DNA from: Elusimicrobiota bacterium | GTDB lineage: Bacteria; Elusimicrobiota; Elusimicrobia; UBA1565; UBA9628 | NCBI GenBank assembly: GCA_033875325.1 | Contig: JANRKA010000111.1 | Coordinates: 249-64,248, forward strand | DNA length: 64,000 bases | Direction of reading: 5' to 3' | In this document: piece by piece, positions 33,406 to 42,956 of the stretch | Numbering within the stretch: the stretch's first letter is position 1 | Layout: every line of letters starts with the position of its first letter | Made by a program: the position numbers and the translations under genes | The notes under the pieces: generated by a model | Databases searched by the model: none | What the model was told of the DNA's origin: nothing | Seen by the model: only the letters and a program-made list of their open reading frames with translations

Positions 33406-35313
33406 TCAGCGGCCCGCGCGCAACGGCGCCATCTCGGGCGTGGCGTCGAGCTTCTCCGACGCGTCCTTCACCTGTTTGCGCAGCGACACGCCTTCCTCGA
33501 CCGGCTTCGGGGTCCACAGGGTGACCGCGTTGCGGCCGAACTTGCGCAGCTGGTAGGCGAAGTATTCCGCGAAGTTCTTCATCGCGGCCCGGAAGCCGCG
33601 GCGGCGGAATTCCTTGACGCCGATGACGAGGGGGATGAGGCGCCGCAGGTGGTAGAGCGCGATGGGGTGGCGCAGGAGGATGGGGCCGAGTTCGGTGGCG
33701 CCCTGGATCTTCCCGCTGCGGTAATCCCGATCCATCTGCCGGATGGCGGCCTTGATGTCCTCGAAAGAGCCGCTGAGGCCGGTGATGACCTTGGAGTCGG
33801 CGAAATAGGTCTTGCCGTCGCTGTCGCGCACCGATACGCCGTAGGGCTTGTAGTGGACCCGGTTCCAGAGGTCGAACTCCTTCAAGCCGAACTTCCGGAT
33901 GTAGGCGTAGTTGGCGCTGGCGCGGATCTGGTGAGCCCAGGACTTCCAGATCAGGTGCGGGACCTCGGTGTGGTTGACGGTCGAATCGATGTCGCGCGCG
34001 TTTTTGTCCGAAACGCGGAACAAGTAGGCTTCCTCGCCGTCGATGGTCGGCTCGATGTGGCCGCAGACGCGGCCGGATTCGTACAGCGGCGTGCCCGGCA
34101 GGGCCTGGGCGTAGTTGACCGAAAGCTCCGCGGGGTGGACGAAAGGGTCCTCGCTGTAGACCGCGCGCAGGAAGGCGTCGGTCTCCTCGATGGTCTCCTC
34201 GGTCTCGCCGGGCATGCCGACGACCATCTGGGGGCTGTAGTAGAGGTTGGCGGCCGGAGTGAGCTTCACGACCTTGTAGTTGTCGGCCAAGGTCAGCGCC
34301 TTCTCCATGACCGCGAGCATCTTCTCGCTGCCCGTCTCCGTGCCGTAGGCGACGCTGGTGCAGCCGGCGTCGTACATCTTCTTGAGCGACTCCGCGTTGA
34401 TGCGGTTGACCCGGATCCCGCCCACGCCCCACAACACGTCGAACTTCTTGATCATGTCGCAGAACGGATGCAGCCAGGCCGCGTGCGTGCCGAAGTTCTC
34501 GTCCGTGAAATACACGAAGCCGATGTTGTAGCGCCGGATGAGCTCTCCCAGGCGCTTCTCGATGAGCTCGACGGGCATGTAGCGGATGCCTTTCGTGAAG
34601 CGGTGGCAGAAGGTGCAGCGGGCCACGCAGCCCTTGGAGGCGTAGAAGCGGCCGAAGCGCTTGCCGCGCCGCTTGGGGTCGTAGTAGCGGATGTCCGAGA
34701 CGAAAACGCCGTGCTGGCCGAGGTCGGCGGAGAAGCAGCGCTCCACTCCGGGCGTGGCGTCGGCGATGTCCCAGTCCACGTCGAAGATCTCCGTGTCCTC
34801 GAGCTGCGGGGCGTAGGGCGTGATGACCATCTTGCGGTTCTCGTCGCGGAAGGCGATGCCCTTGATGGCGCCGAGCTCCTGAGGCGACATCGTGCCGGCG
34901 ACCCAGTGGTCGACGATCTCGCGCATGGTGACTTCGCCTTCGCCCGTGCAGCAGATGTCGATCTCGGTCTTGGCCATGAGCACGTTGACGTTGGCCACGA
35001 GGTTGCCGCCGCAGACGATGAGAAGGTCCGGGTACATCTTGCGCAGGTCGGCGGCGAGCTGCTTGACGAACGCGTAGGAGGTGGAGACCACGGCGCTCAG
35101 GCCCACGATGTCGGGTTTTTGGAGCCGGAAATACTCGAGGACTTCCTCGTATTTGGGCCGCAGGATGTTGATCTCGTAGAGCGACACGTTGTCGTAGCCG
35201 TGGCGCTTGAGGGCGGTCATGATGGCCAGCGACGCGATGGGGAGGTGGGATGACGGAGCCCGCAGCGGGATGGTGGCGAAGACGATCTTCGGGTTCTTCG
35301 TCTTGGTGGTCAT
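33406..35313 (-). CDS. Cobalamin-binding-domain (class B type) radical SAM enzyme
   Basis: N-terminal B12-binding-like domain (PDIVGLSAVVSTSY, LIVCGGNLVA). KGCVARCTFCHR CX3CX2C motif. 635 aa. Confidence 0.85.
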   Translation of the reverse strand: MTTKTKNPKIVFATIPLRAPSSHLPIASLAIMTALKRHGYDNVSLYEINILRPKYEEVLEYFRLQKPDIVGLSAVVSTSYAFVKQLAADLRKMYPDLLIVCGGNLVANVNVLMAKTEIDICCTGEGEVTMREIVDHWVAGTMSPQELGAIKGIAFRDENRKMVITPYAPQLEDTEIFDVDWDIADATPGVERCFSADLGQHGVFVSDIRYYDPKRRGKRFGRFYASKGCVARCTFCHRFTKGIRYMPVELIEKRLGELIRRYNIGFVYFTDENFGTHAAWLHPFCDMIKKFDVLWGVGGIRVNRINAESLKKMYDAGCTSVAYGTETGSEKMLAVMEKALTLADNYKVVKLTPAANLYYSPQMVVGMPGETEETIEETDAFLRAVYSEDPFVHPAELSVNYAQALPGTPLYESGRVCGHIEPTIDGEEAYLFRVSDKNARDIDSTVNHTEVPHLIWKSWAHQIRASANYAYIRKFGLKEFDLWNRVHYKPYGVSVRDSDGKTYFADSKVITGLSGSFEDIKAAIRQMDRDYRSGKIQGATELGPILLRHPIALYHLRRLIPLVIGVKEFRRRGFRAAMKNFAEYFAYQLRKFGRNAVTLWTPKPVEEGVSLRKQVKDASEKLDATPEMAPLRAGR

Positions 35314-35373
35314 GGGGGGGCCTCGGCGGGGGCGTAGTGGGGCTTCGACGGTAATTTTACTACATTGCGGCCG

Positions 35374-37089
35374 TCAGGTCCCTTCCATCTCCGTCGGTTT
35401 GACCTGGGGTTCCATGTCGGTCATGGGGCGGCCGAAGGCGATCTTGGGGTAGGCGTTGGCGGTCATCGGGACGGCCACTTCCAGCAGGAACGGCGCGGTG
35501 GGGTCCTTCCACAAGGCGGCCAGCCCCGCGGCCACGCCGGCGGGGCCCTCCACGCGCGCCGCGCCGATGCCGTAGGCCTTGGCCACCGCGACGAAGTCCG
35601 GCGCGGAGTAGCCGTCCACGGTGGAGCCGTAACGCGCGTCGAAATAGCTCTCCTGGAACTGGCGGACCATGCCGTGGCATTCGTTGTCGAGCACGACCAT
35701 CTTCACGGGCAGCTTGTGGTGGGCGATGGTCTGCAGTTCCTGGACGTTGAGCTGGAAGCCGCCGTCGCCCGCGACGGCGAGCCAGGGCTTGCCGCCGGAG
35801 GCGAACACCGCGCCCATCGCCGCGGGCAAGGCGAAGCCCATCGCGCCCATGCCGCCCGAGGTGTGGAACTCCTGGGCGGGGGTCAGGCGGGCGGACTGGG
35901 CCGCCCACATCTGGTGCTGGCCCACGTCCACGCACCAGCCCGCCGCGGCGCCGGAGGCGGCGGAGAGCTCGCGCATGAAGAGGTTGGGATTGACGCCCTG
36001 GAGGCCGGCCAGCTCGTTCTCCTCGGGCCACTGCCGCCGCAGCCCGTCGATCTCGGCCAGCCAGGCGGAGCGGTCGCGTCCGGCGCCCGCCGCGAGCGGG
36101 GCGGCCTCCTCGAGGAATGCCGCGAGGTCGGCGTGAACGGTCGTGCAGCCGGGCACCCGGTTGTTCATCTCGGACGCGTCGGCGTCGACGTGCACGATGG
36201 TCCGCCCTTTGCGCCAGGACTCCACGTCGGCGCCGGTCTGTCGGATGTCGAGGCGGCTGCCCAGGACCAGCACCGCGTCTGCGCGGCCCATGGCGAGGTT
36301 CGTCCAACGGTTGCCGTAGCTGCCGATGAGCCCGGCGCGCAGGGGATGGCCGCCCGGGAGGGCGTCCACGGCCATCAAGGAGTGGATGACGGGCGCGCCC
36401 AACGCCTCGACGAACGCGCGGAAGGCGGCGCGGGCGCGGGACGCGCGCAGGCCGCCGCCGACGAGGATGAGAGGGCGTTCGGCCTTGGCGATGACGGCCA
36501 GCGCCGCGGCGACGGAGCCCGCGGGGGCGCGGCGCCCGGGCTCGGCGACGACGCGCCTGACGGGGTCCTTGAGGTCCGCGCGCTGAAGGTCCATGGGGAT
36601 GTCCACGAGCACGGGTCCGGGGCGTCCGGACAAGGCGACGCGGAAAGCCCGCTCCAGCGTCGGGGCGATGTCCTCGGCCTTCGTGACGCGGTAGGCGGCC
36701 TTCGTCACCGGGCCGGCCATCGCGACGACGTCGGTCTCTTGGAAGCCGAGTTGGCGCACGCCGCGCGCGCCTTTCTGCTCATGGAGGTTGACCTGGCCGG
36801 TGATGAACACCGCGGGCGAGGAGTCGAAATGGCAGGAGCCCACGCCGGTGAGCAGGTTCACCGCGCCCGGCCCGCTGGTGGCCATCGCGACTCCGGGCGT
36901 GCCCGCGACGCGGCCCCAGGCGTCGGCCGCGAACGCCGCCCCCTGCTCGTGGCGGACGCTGACGAGGCCGGGCGCGCCGCGGCGGTGGAAGGAGTCCACG
37001 AGATGCGCGATCATGCCGCCGACGACCTCGAAGGCGCGGCTCGTGCCTTGCGCGGCGACGAAATCGGCGATCCAGTCGGAGGCTTTCAC
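35374..37089 (-). CDS. Thiamine-diphosphate-dependent enzyme, acetolactate-synthase-large-subunit-like (YerE-like candidate)
   Basis: GTG 37089 in a GTGA overlap with the rfbH stop. ATSGPGAVNLLTG; ThDP motif GDGGFQLNVQELQT...VVLDNE. Confidence 0.8.
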   Translation of the reverse strand: MKASDWIADFVAAQGTSRAFEVVGGMIAHLVDSFHRRGAPGLVSVRHEQGAAFAADAWGRVAGTPGVAMATSGPGAVNLLTGVGSCHFDSSPAVFITGQVNLHEQKGARGVRQLGFQETDVVAMAGPVTKAAYRVTKAEDIAPTLERAFRVALSGRPGPVLVDIPMDLQRADLKDPVRRVVAEPGRRAPAGSVAAALAVIAKAERPLILVGGGLRASRARAAFRAFVEALGAPVIHSLMAVDALPGGHPLRAGLIGSYGNRWTNLAMGRADAVLVLGSRLDIRQTGADVESWRKGRTIVHVDADASEMNNRVPGCTTVHADLAAFLEEAAPLAAGAGRDRSAWLAEIDGLRRQWPEENELAGLQGVNPNLFMRELSAASGAAAGWCVDVGQHQMWAAQSARLTPAQEFHTSGGMGAMGFALPAAMGAVFASGGKPWLAVAGDGGFQLNVQELQTIAHHKLPVKMVVLDNECHGMVRQFQESYFDARYGSTVDGYSAPDFVAVAKAYGIGAARVEGPAGVAAGLAALWKDPTAPFLLEVAVPMTANAYPKIAFGRPMTDMEPQVKPTEMEGT

Positions 37090-38411
37090 AGGGCTTTGAA
37101 GAAGGCGTCGAAGCGCTCGAGCATGTAGGCGACGCGCGCCTCGTCGATGGAGGGGTGCACGCCCACCCAGAAGGTGCCGCGCATGACTTGGTCGGCGCCG
37201 GTCAGAGAACCCACGCGGCGGTGCGCGACGCCCTTGAAGTAGGGCTGACGCAGGATGTTGCCCGCGAACAACGGGCGCGTCCCGACCATGTTGGCCTCGA
37301 GGAACGAGGTCAGCTTCTCGCGTTTGAACGGGGCGCCTTCGCGCACGGTCAAAGGCAGGCCGAACCAGGAGGGCTCGGAGTCCGCCGTGGCCTCCGGCAG
37401 GATGAGGTGCGCCTCGTGCCGCTTCAAGCCCGCCACGAGCGCGTCGAAGTTGCGCCGGCGCGCGGCGACGAACCGGTCCAGGCGCTTGAGTTGGACCGTG
37501 CCGACCGCGGCCTGCAGGTCGGTGGCCTTGAGGTTGTAGCCCGCGTTGGAGTAGGTGTACTTGTGGTCGTAGCCGTGCGGCAGTTCGCCCAGGTCCCAGT
37601 CGAAGCGTTTGCCGCAGGTGTTGTCCTGGCCGGTCGGGCACCAGCAGTCGCGGCCCCAGTCGCGGAAAGACTCGAGCGGCCGCTTGAGCGAGCTCTTGGA
37701 GGTGACGACGGCTCCGCCCTCGCCCGTGGTGATGTGATGCGCCGGGAAGAAGGAGAAGGTGCCGGCGTCGCCGAAGGTGGAGACGAGTCTGCCCCGGTGC
37801 GTCGCGCCCAGCGCGTCGCAGCAGTCCTCGATGAGCCAGAGTCCCTTCTTCTCGCAGAGCTCGGCCAGCTTCGCGGCCTCGAACGGGTTGCCCAGCGTGT
37901 GCGCGAGCATCACGGCCTTGGTCTTGGGCCCGACGGCCTCCGCCACCATGTCCGCGGTGGCGTTGTAGGTCGGGAGGTGGACGTCCACGAACACGGGCGT
38001 CAGCCCGTTCTGCAGCACGGGGTTGACCGTGGTGGGAAAGGACGCGGCGGTGACGACGACCTCGTCGCCGGGCTTGAGCGCGCGCTCCGCCAGGGAGGGC
38101 GCGGTGAGCGCGGAGAGCGCGAGCAGGTTGGCGGAGGACCCGGAATTGACGAAGAAGGCGAAACGCGCGCCCGCGGCCTTGGCCAGTTCCGCCTCGAACG
38201 CGTCGGCGTAGCGCCCCGCGGTCAGCCAGAAATCCAGGCTCGCGTCCACGAGCGCGGCGACCTCGTCCTCGTCGAACCACTTGCCCGACGGAGGGATGTA
38301 GGTTTTGCCCGGCTCGAACGCCCTCGGGGCGAAGCGCTCTCGCGCGTAGGCGCGGGCGGCGCCCAGCGCGGCGGCGCGTTTCTCGGGGTCGGGGGCGGGG
38401 CGCAGGCTCAC
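37086..38411 (-). CDS. rfbH: CDP-4-keto-6-deoxy-D-glucose 3-dehydrase (E1; RfbH/DdhC)
   Basis: FSFFPAHHITTGEGG (His replaces the PLP Lys) and the Fe-S motif DWGRDCWCPTGQDNTCGKRF. GTG 38411 in a GTGA overlap. Confidence 0.9.
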   Translation of the reverse strand: MSLRPAPDPEKRAAALGAARAYARERFAPRAFEPGKTYIPPSGKWFDEDEVAALVDASLDFWLTAGRYADAFEAELAKAAGARFAFFVNSGSSANLLALSALTAPSLAERALKPGDEVVVTAASFPTTVNPVLQNGLTPVFVDVHLPTYNATADMVAEAVGPKTKAVMLAHTLGNPFEAAKLAELCEKKGLWLIEDCCDALGATHRGRLVSTFGDAGTFSFFPAHHITTGEGGAVVTSKSSLKRPLESFRDWGRDCWCPTGQDNTCGKRFDWDLGELPHGYDHKYTYSNAGYNLKATDLQAAVGTVQLKRLDRFVAARRRNFDALVAGLKRHEAHLILPEATADSEPSWFGLPLTVREGAPFKREKLTSFLEANMVGTRPLFAGNILRQPYFKGVAHRRVGSLTGADQVMRGTFWVGVHPSIDEARVAYMLERFDAFFKAL

Positions 38412-39475
38412 GGGCGTCCCGCCGGGACGGCGGCCGCGTAGTCGGCGATCTGGCGGCGCGTATAGGCGCGCGCGTCGAAGCCGGGCGCGGAGGCGGCCTT
38501 GTACCAGACCATGGCGGCGGACACCGCGCCGCGGGCGTCCCACACCGGCGACCACTTCAAGCGCGTCCGGGCGAGCGTGGAGTCCAGGCGCAGCGCGGCG
38601 GCCTCGTGCGGGGTTTGGGCCGGCTGGGGTTTCCAGGCGGCGTCCCCGCCCCAGGCCGCGGCGGCGGCGTCGGCCACCTGGGCGACGGTGACGCCGTCTT
38701 CGGCCGGGCCGAAGTTCCAGGCGCGGGCCGCGTCCCGGTCGCCGGCGAGCAGGCGCGCGCCGAGCGTGAGGTAGCCCGACAGCGGCTCCAGCACGTGCTG
38801 CCAGGGGCGAATGGAGCTCGGATTGCGCACGAGAGCTTCGCGTCCCGCCGCGAAGGCGCGCGCGCAGTCGGGCACGAGGCGGTCGGCGGCGAAATCGCCG
38901 CCTCCGACGACGTTGCCCGCGCGGGCCGAGGCCACGGGCAGAGAGAACGAGCGGCGATAAGACGCGGCGACGACTTCGGCGCCGGCCTTGCTCGCGCTGT
39001 AGGGGTCGTGACCGCCCAAGGAGTCGGCTTCGGCTCGCGGGCGGGGGTCCTCGACGCCTTCGTAGACCTTGTCGGTGGTGACGACGACCAGCGCCTTGGC
39101 CGTCGGCGCGCGGCGCGCGGCGTCGAGCACGCGCGCGGTGCCCATGACGTTGACCTCGAAGGTGTCGAGCGGCTCCGCGTAGGAGCGCAGGACCAGGGCC
39201 TGAGCCGCCAGGTGGAACACGGCCTCCGGGCGAGCCGCGGCGAAGGCGGCGTCCACGGTTTTCTGGTCGCGGACGTCGCCGATGCGCGACTTCACCGTCG
39301 CGTCGAGGCCCAGACGGGAGTACAGAGGCGCGTCGCCCTCGGGCGGCAGCGCCAGGCCGTGCACCTCGGCGCCGAGCTCGGCCAGCCACAGCGACAGCCA
39401 GGAGCCCTTGAAGCCGGTGTGGCCGGTGACCAGGACGCGGCGGCCCTTGTAGGCGCCCCCGAAAGCCGTGTTCAC
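38408..39475 (-). CDS. rfbG: CDP-glucose 4,6-dehydratase
   Basis: VLVTGHTGFKGSWL, YSASKAGAE. GTG 39475 in a GTGA overlap with the rfbF stop. Confidence 0.9.
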   Translation of the reverse strand: MNTAFGGAYKGRRVLVTGHTGFKGSWLSLWLAELGAEVHGLALPPEGDAPLYSRLGLDATVKSRIGDVRDQKTVDAAFAAARPEAVFHLAAQALVLRSYAEPLDTFEVNVMGTARVLDAARRAPTAKALVVVTTDKVYEGVEDPRPRAEADSLGGHDPYSASKAGAEVVAASYRRSFSLPVASARAGNVVGGGDFAADRLVPDCARAFAAGREALVRNPSSIRPWQHVLEPLSGYLTLGARLLAGDRDAARAWNFGPAEDGVTVAQVADAAAAAWGGDAAWKPQPAQTPHEAAALRLDSTLARTRLKWSPVWDARGAVSAAMVWYKAASAPGFDARAYTRRQIADYAAAVPAGRP

Positions 39476-40239
39476 CAGACTTTCCACGGCGCGCGGCCGG
39501 TGGCCCACAACGACTCGAGGTTCGTTTTGTCGCGCAAGGTGTCCATCGCGCACCAGAAACCCTCGTGACGGTAGGCCCCCAGGCGTCCGCGCCGGGCGAG
39601 CTCGGTGACGGGCTCGCCCTCCCAGCGCGTGGCGTCGTCCTTGACGAGGTCGAGCGCCTTGGGTTCGACGACGAAGAAGCCGCCGTTGATCCAGGTGCCG
39701 TCGGCGTCGGCTTTCTCCCGGAACTCCTTCACCTTGGTTCCGGAGAGGTCCAAGGTCCCGAAGCGCATCGGGGCGCGCACGGCGGTGAGCGTGGCGTCGG
39801 ACTTGCCCTTCTTGTGCGCGGCCGTCAGCGCGCGCAGGTCCACGTCGGAGACGCCGTCGCCGTAGGTCATGTGGAAAGGACCGCGGTCGAGGTAGGGCCG
39901 CACGCGTTTGAGGCGGCCGCCGGTCATGGTGTCGGCGCCGGTGTCCACGAGGGTCACCTTCCACGGTTCGGCGGCGCGGTGATGGACCGTCATCTTGTTG
40001 CGCGCCATGTCGAAGGTGACGTCGGAGCTGTGCAGGAAGTAGTTGGCGAAGTACTCCTTGATGACGAACCCCTTGTAGCCCAGGCAGATGACGAAGTCGT
40101 TGACGCCGTGGGCGGAGTATATCTTGAGGATGTGCCAGAGGATGGGCTTGCCCCCGACTTCCACCATGGGTTTGGGGCGCGTGCCCGTTTCTTCGGAAAT
40201 CCGAGTCCCAAGTCCGCCGGCGAGGATGACCGCTTTCAT
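39472..40239 (-). CDS. rfbF: Glucose-1-phosphate cytidylyltransferase
   Basis: MKAVILAGGLGTRISEETGTRPKPMVEVGGKPILWHI...; 255 aa. Confidence 0.92.
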   Translation of the reverse strand: MKAVILAGGLGTRISEETGTRPKPMVEVGGKPILWHILKIYSAHGVNDFVICLGYKGFVIKEYFANYFLHSSDVTFDMARNKMTVHHRAAEPWKVTLVDTGADTMTGGRLKRVRPYLDRGPFHMTYGDGVSDVDLRALTAAHKKGKSDATLTAVRAPMRFGTLDLSGTKVKEFREKADADGTWINGGFFVVEPKALDLVKDDATRWEGEPVTELARRGRLGAYRHEGFWCAMDTLRDKTNLESLWATGRAPWKVW

Positions 40240-40249
40240 CGTTCCTCCG

Positions 40250-40258
40250 ATTTTATCA
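40250..40258 (-). promoter_or_regulatory. Extended -10 TGaTAAAAT, 10 nt upstream of the rfbF ATG; second copy of the 18-nt cassette
   Basis: Minus strand GTGAAATGATAAAATCGGAGGAACGATG. The TGA is also the stop of the upstream GT2 gene. Confidence 0.4.
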
Positions 40259-41263
40259 TTTCACGCCCGCGGCCGCCCCGAGCTTGCGGGCGGCGTAATA
40301 CAAGGGGGAGAGCCAGGCGTTGGGGTACGGCGCGGCGCTCAGGAGAATCCGGACCAGGTCGGCGTAGGCCCAACCAGAGGCGTCGCGATGGACGAACATG
40401 TTGGCGAGGTCGGGAAGCAGGTGCGCGAGCGCCCGGTTCTTGCAGCGCCGATAGCGGTCTTCGGGAAGGCCGTTTTTGCGGTACTCATCGAGGGCTTCGA
40501 TGAGGCGCACGCTGCGCAGGAACGGGTACAGCGGCGCCCATTCGCGCGCGCCGGTGAGGCAGGCGGTGAGCGGTCCCGGGTGGAAGTAGGCCGTCGAGCG
40601 CGCGAAGGCCTTGGCGAAGATCTTCAAGTGCGGGCAGGTGTTGTCGAAAGTCGAGAGATGGCGGGTGTCGGACACCGCCGCGTCGTCGAGGACGCCGGCG
40701 TTCTTCACCCAGGCTTCTCGCCGGAACACCGACAGGAAGATGCCCAGAAGGAAGTCGAAAGAAACATCAGGGTCCACGAGGTCGAAGAAGGGCAGCGGAC
40801 CTTCCTGGAGCCGGGGCGAGAAGCGCGGCAGCTCCGCGGGGAGGTTCGTCGTGTCGAAGGGCTGGGGGAAGCCCAGGACGAATTCCGCGTCCACGCGGGA
40901 GGCGTTGACGAAGAAATAATCCACGGAAGGGTTGGCGGCGAGCAGGCGCAGCGCGGTGTCCAGAGCGTCGGGGCGCAGCAGGTCGTCGTCGCCGAGAAGC
41001 CAGACGAACTCGCCGCGAGCCGGTTCGACCGCCTTCAGGTAATTCTTCGCCGCGCCGAGATTGGTCTCGTTGCGGCGATAATCCACGCTCATCTTCTTGG
41101 CCATCGCCGCAACGATCGTTGCCGTGTCGTCCGTCGACGCGTTGTCGGAGACGCACACCTGCACCTCGCCCTCGGCGCGCTCGCGCGCGATGCGGATGGA
41201 TTCGAGGCAGTTGGCGAGGTGCCCGGCCCGGTTGTAGGTCGGGACGCAGACGGACAGCTTCAT
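40256..41263 (-). CDS. Glycosyltransferase family 2
   Basis: LSVCVPTYNRAGHL, VSDNASTDDT, LLGDDD. ATGA overlap with the ABC gene stop. Confidence 0.8.
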   Translation of the reverse strand: MKLSVCVPTYNRAGHLANCLESIRIARERAEGEVQVCVSDNASTDDTATIVAAMAKKMSVDYRRNETNLGAAKNYLKAVEPARGEFVWLLGDDDLLRPDALDTALRLLAANPSVDYFFVNASRVDAEFVLGFPQPFDTTNLPAELPRFSPRLQEGPLPFFDLVDPDVSFDFLLGIFLSVFRREAWVKNAGVLDDAAVSDTRHLSTFDNTCPHLKIFAKAFARSTAYFHPGPLTACLTGAREWAPLYPFLRSVRLIEALDEYRKNGLPEDRYRRCKNRALAHLLPDLANMFVHRDASGWAYADLVRILLSAAPYPNAWLSPLYYAARKLGAAAGVK

Positions 41264-42918
41264 CGGGCCGCGGCGGCCAAGACGAAGGAGCGCGGATTCG
41301 CGGGAGCGAAGGCCGCGGCGTCGTGCGTCACGGCCACGACGGGCAGTTCTCGGGCCAGCTCCGCGATGCTCGCCACCAAAGACGCCTTGCTCGCCTCGTC
41401 GAGGCCGTTGGTGACCTCGTCGAGGGCGAGCAGGTCGGCTTCCTGGGCCAGGGCCCGGGCCACGGCGAGGCGGCGGCGTTCGCCGCCCGACAAGGAGCGC
41501 CCGGCTTCGGCGAGCGCGGCGTCCAAGCCGCCGCGGGCGCGCACGAAGTCCGCGGCGCCGGCGCGCTCGAGGCTGCGCCAAAGGGCCGCGTCATCGAGAC
41601 GCCCGGAGGCGTCGAGGTTCTCGCGCACGGTCCCGCTGAAGAGGTGGACTTCCTGCGCGACGTAAGCGATGCGCGCGCGGCGGGTCGTCGCGTCGAATTC
41701 GGCGCCGGAGGCGCCGCGGTAGACGACGCGCCCCTTCTCCGGGGCGAAAAGGCCGGCGAGCAGATTGACGAGGGTGGTTTTGCCGGCGCCCGAGGGTCCG
41801 GTGACGAGCAGGAGGCGGCCGGGTTCCACGGTCAAAGTCACCCCGTCGAGCACGCGCCGTCCGCCGTGCGAGTAGGTCACGGCGTCGAGACGCGCGGCCG
41901 CGAGGCGCTCGCCGAGCGGCGCGCGGTCGGGCCCGGCGGGCACCGTCACGAGCGCGGCGACGGGCGCGATGCTTCCCGAGAGCCGCGTGAGGTTGCCGAT
42001 GGCGTTGACGAGGCCGTTGAGTTGGGCCGCCGCGCGCGTCGCCAGGACGCCGACGCCTCCCAGCGCGGCGAGCCCGCCTTCGGAGCCCCACGCGGCGACG
42101 CCCAGCAGGATCAGGCCCATGCCCAGCGGGTTGAAGGCGGTGAGCAGTCCGAGGGTGCCCCCGAGTTGGAGCTCGCGGTTATAGATGTCGTCTTGCCGCC
42201 GCAGACCGCGCCGCGTCAAGCCGGCCTCGTCGCCGGAGGCCTTGGCTTGGAACAGGCCGCTGAGCGTCTCGGTGAGGTCCGCGGCGAGACCCTGGCGCGA
42301 CTCGGCCTGGCTGCGGGAGAGCCGCGTCTGCAGGCCGTAGACGCCCTTGAGGAAAAGCCACGCGGGCGCGCCGACGGCGACGAGGACGATGAAAAGGGAA
42401 GGCGCGAGCGCCACGGCCATGCCGGTCAACAGGCCGGCCGTGAGCACGGCGTACACGGCGGTGAAAAACGAGGTGACCAGCTTGGTCAGGGTCGCCGCCT
42501 CCTCGGTGAGCGCTCCGGTCCAGCGTCCGACCTGCTGAGAGCTGAGGGCGTCCCAACGCCCGTGAGCCAGCTTCTCGAAGCAGGCCGCTTGGATGTCGCG
42601 CCGCAGGCGGCCGCCCATCACCGTCTCGATGAAGGTCAACAGCGCCAGGAGCAGTCCTTTGGCGAGGAACAGGGCCCCGACGGCGGCGGCGGTGGGCGCG
42701 CCGAGTCTATTGAGGAGAGGCGTCAGGAAGCCGGTGTCGGGCGCCGCTCCGGCGGCGACGAGGCGCACGAGTTGGATCCAGGCCAGCCCGTCGATGGCGG
42801 CGCTGACGGGGGTGAGCACGTAATAGGATGCCAACAGGGCCCACAGCGCGCGGTCGGGGAGGCCGCAGCAGCGAAGGGTTTTCCATGCTTGCCGCAGGGC
42901 GTCGGCCAGCTTGTTCAT
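41260..42918 (-). CDS. ABC exporter, fused permease/ATPase half-transporter (MsbA/PglK-like)
   Basis: Six-TM-type N-terminal half. Walker A GPSGAGKTT, signature LSGGERRRL, Walker B LLALDE. Confidence 0.85.
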   Translation of the reverse strand: MNKLADALRQAWKTLRCCGLPDRALWALLASYYVLTPVSAAIDGLAWIQLVRLVAAGAAPDTGFLTPLLNRLGAPTAAAVGALFLAKGLLLALLTFIETVMGGRLRRDIQAACFEKLAHGRWDALSSQQVGRWTGALTEEAATLTKLVTSFFTAVYAVLTAGLLTGMAVALAPSLFIVLVAVGAPAWLFLKGVYGLQTRLSRSQAESRQGLAADLTETLSGLFQAKASGDEAGLTRRGLRRQDDIYNRELQLGGTLGLLTAFNPLGMGLILLGVAAWGSEGGLAALGGVGVLATRAAAQLNGLVNAIGNLTRLSGSIAPVAALVTVPAGPDRAPLGERLAAARLDAVTYSHGGRRVLDGVTLTVEPGRLLLVTGPSGAGKTTLVNLLAGLFAPEKGRVVYRGASGAEFDATTRRARIAYVAQEVHLFSGTVRENLDASGRLDDAALWRSLERAGAADFVRARGGLDAALAEAGRSLSGGERRRLAVARALAQEADLLALDEVTNGLDEASKASLVASIAELARELPVVAVTHDAAAFAPANPRSFVLAAAAR

Positions 42919-42956
42919 TTATTGAACATTCTACCCCCTACCGAGGGCAGGGTCAA
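42913..42956 (-). promoter_or_regulatory. Promoter TTGACC-17-TAGAAT plus candidate operator site S2 (GTTCA-TTTAT-TGAACAT, 42913-42929) overlapping the ABC gene ATG
   Basis: Minus strand: TTGACC 42956-42951, TAGAAT 42933-42928, then GTTCAATAA, then ATG 42918. Confidence 0.5.

Noticed and set aside
35365-37128. 587-aa plus-strand ORF and 315-aa minus-strand ORF (35360-36307) over the ThDP enzyme gene
   Set aside because: Shadow frames. The ThDP motifs (GDG...DN, ATSGPGA) identify the real frame.
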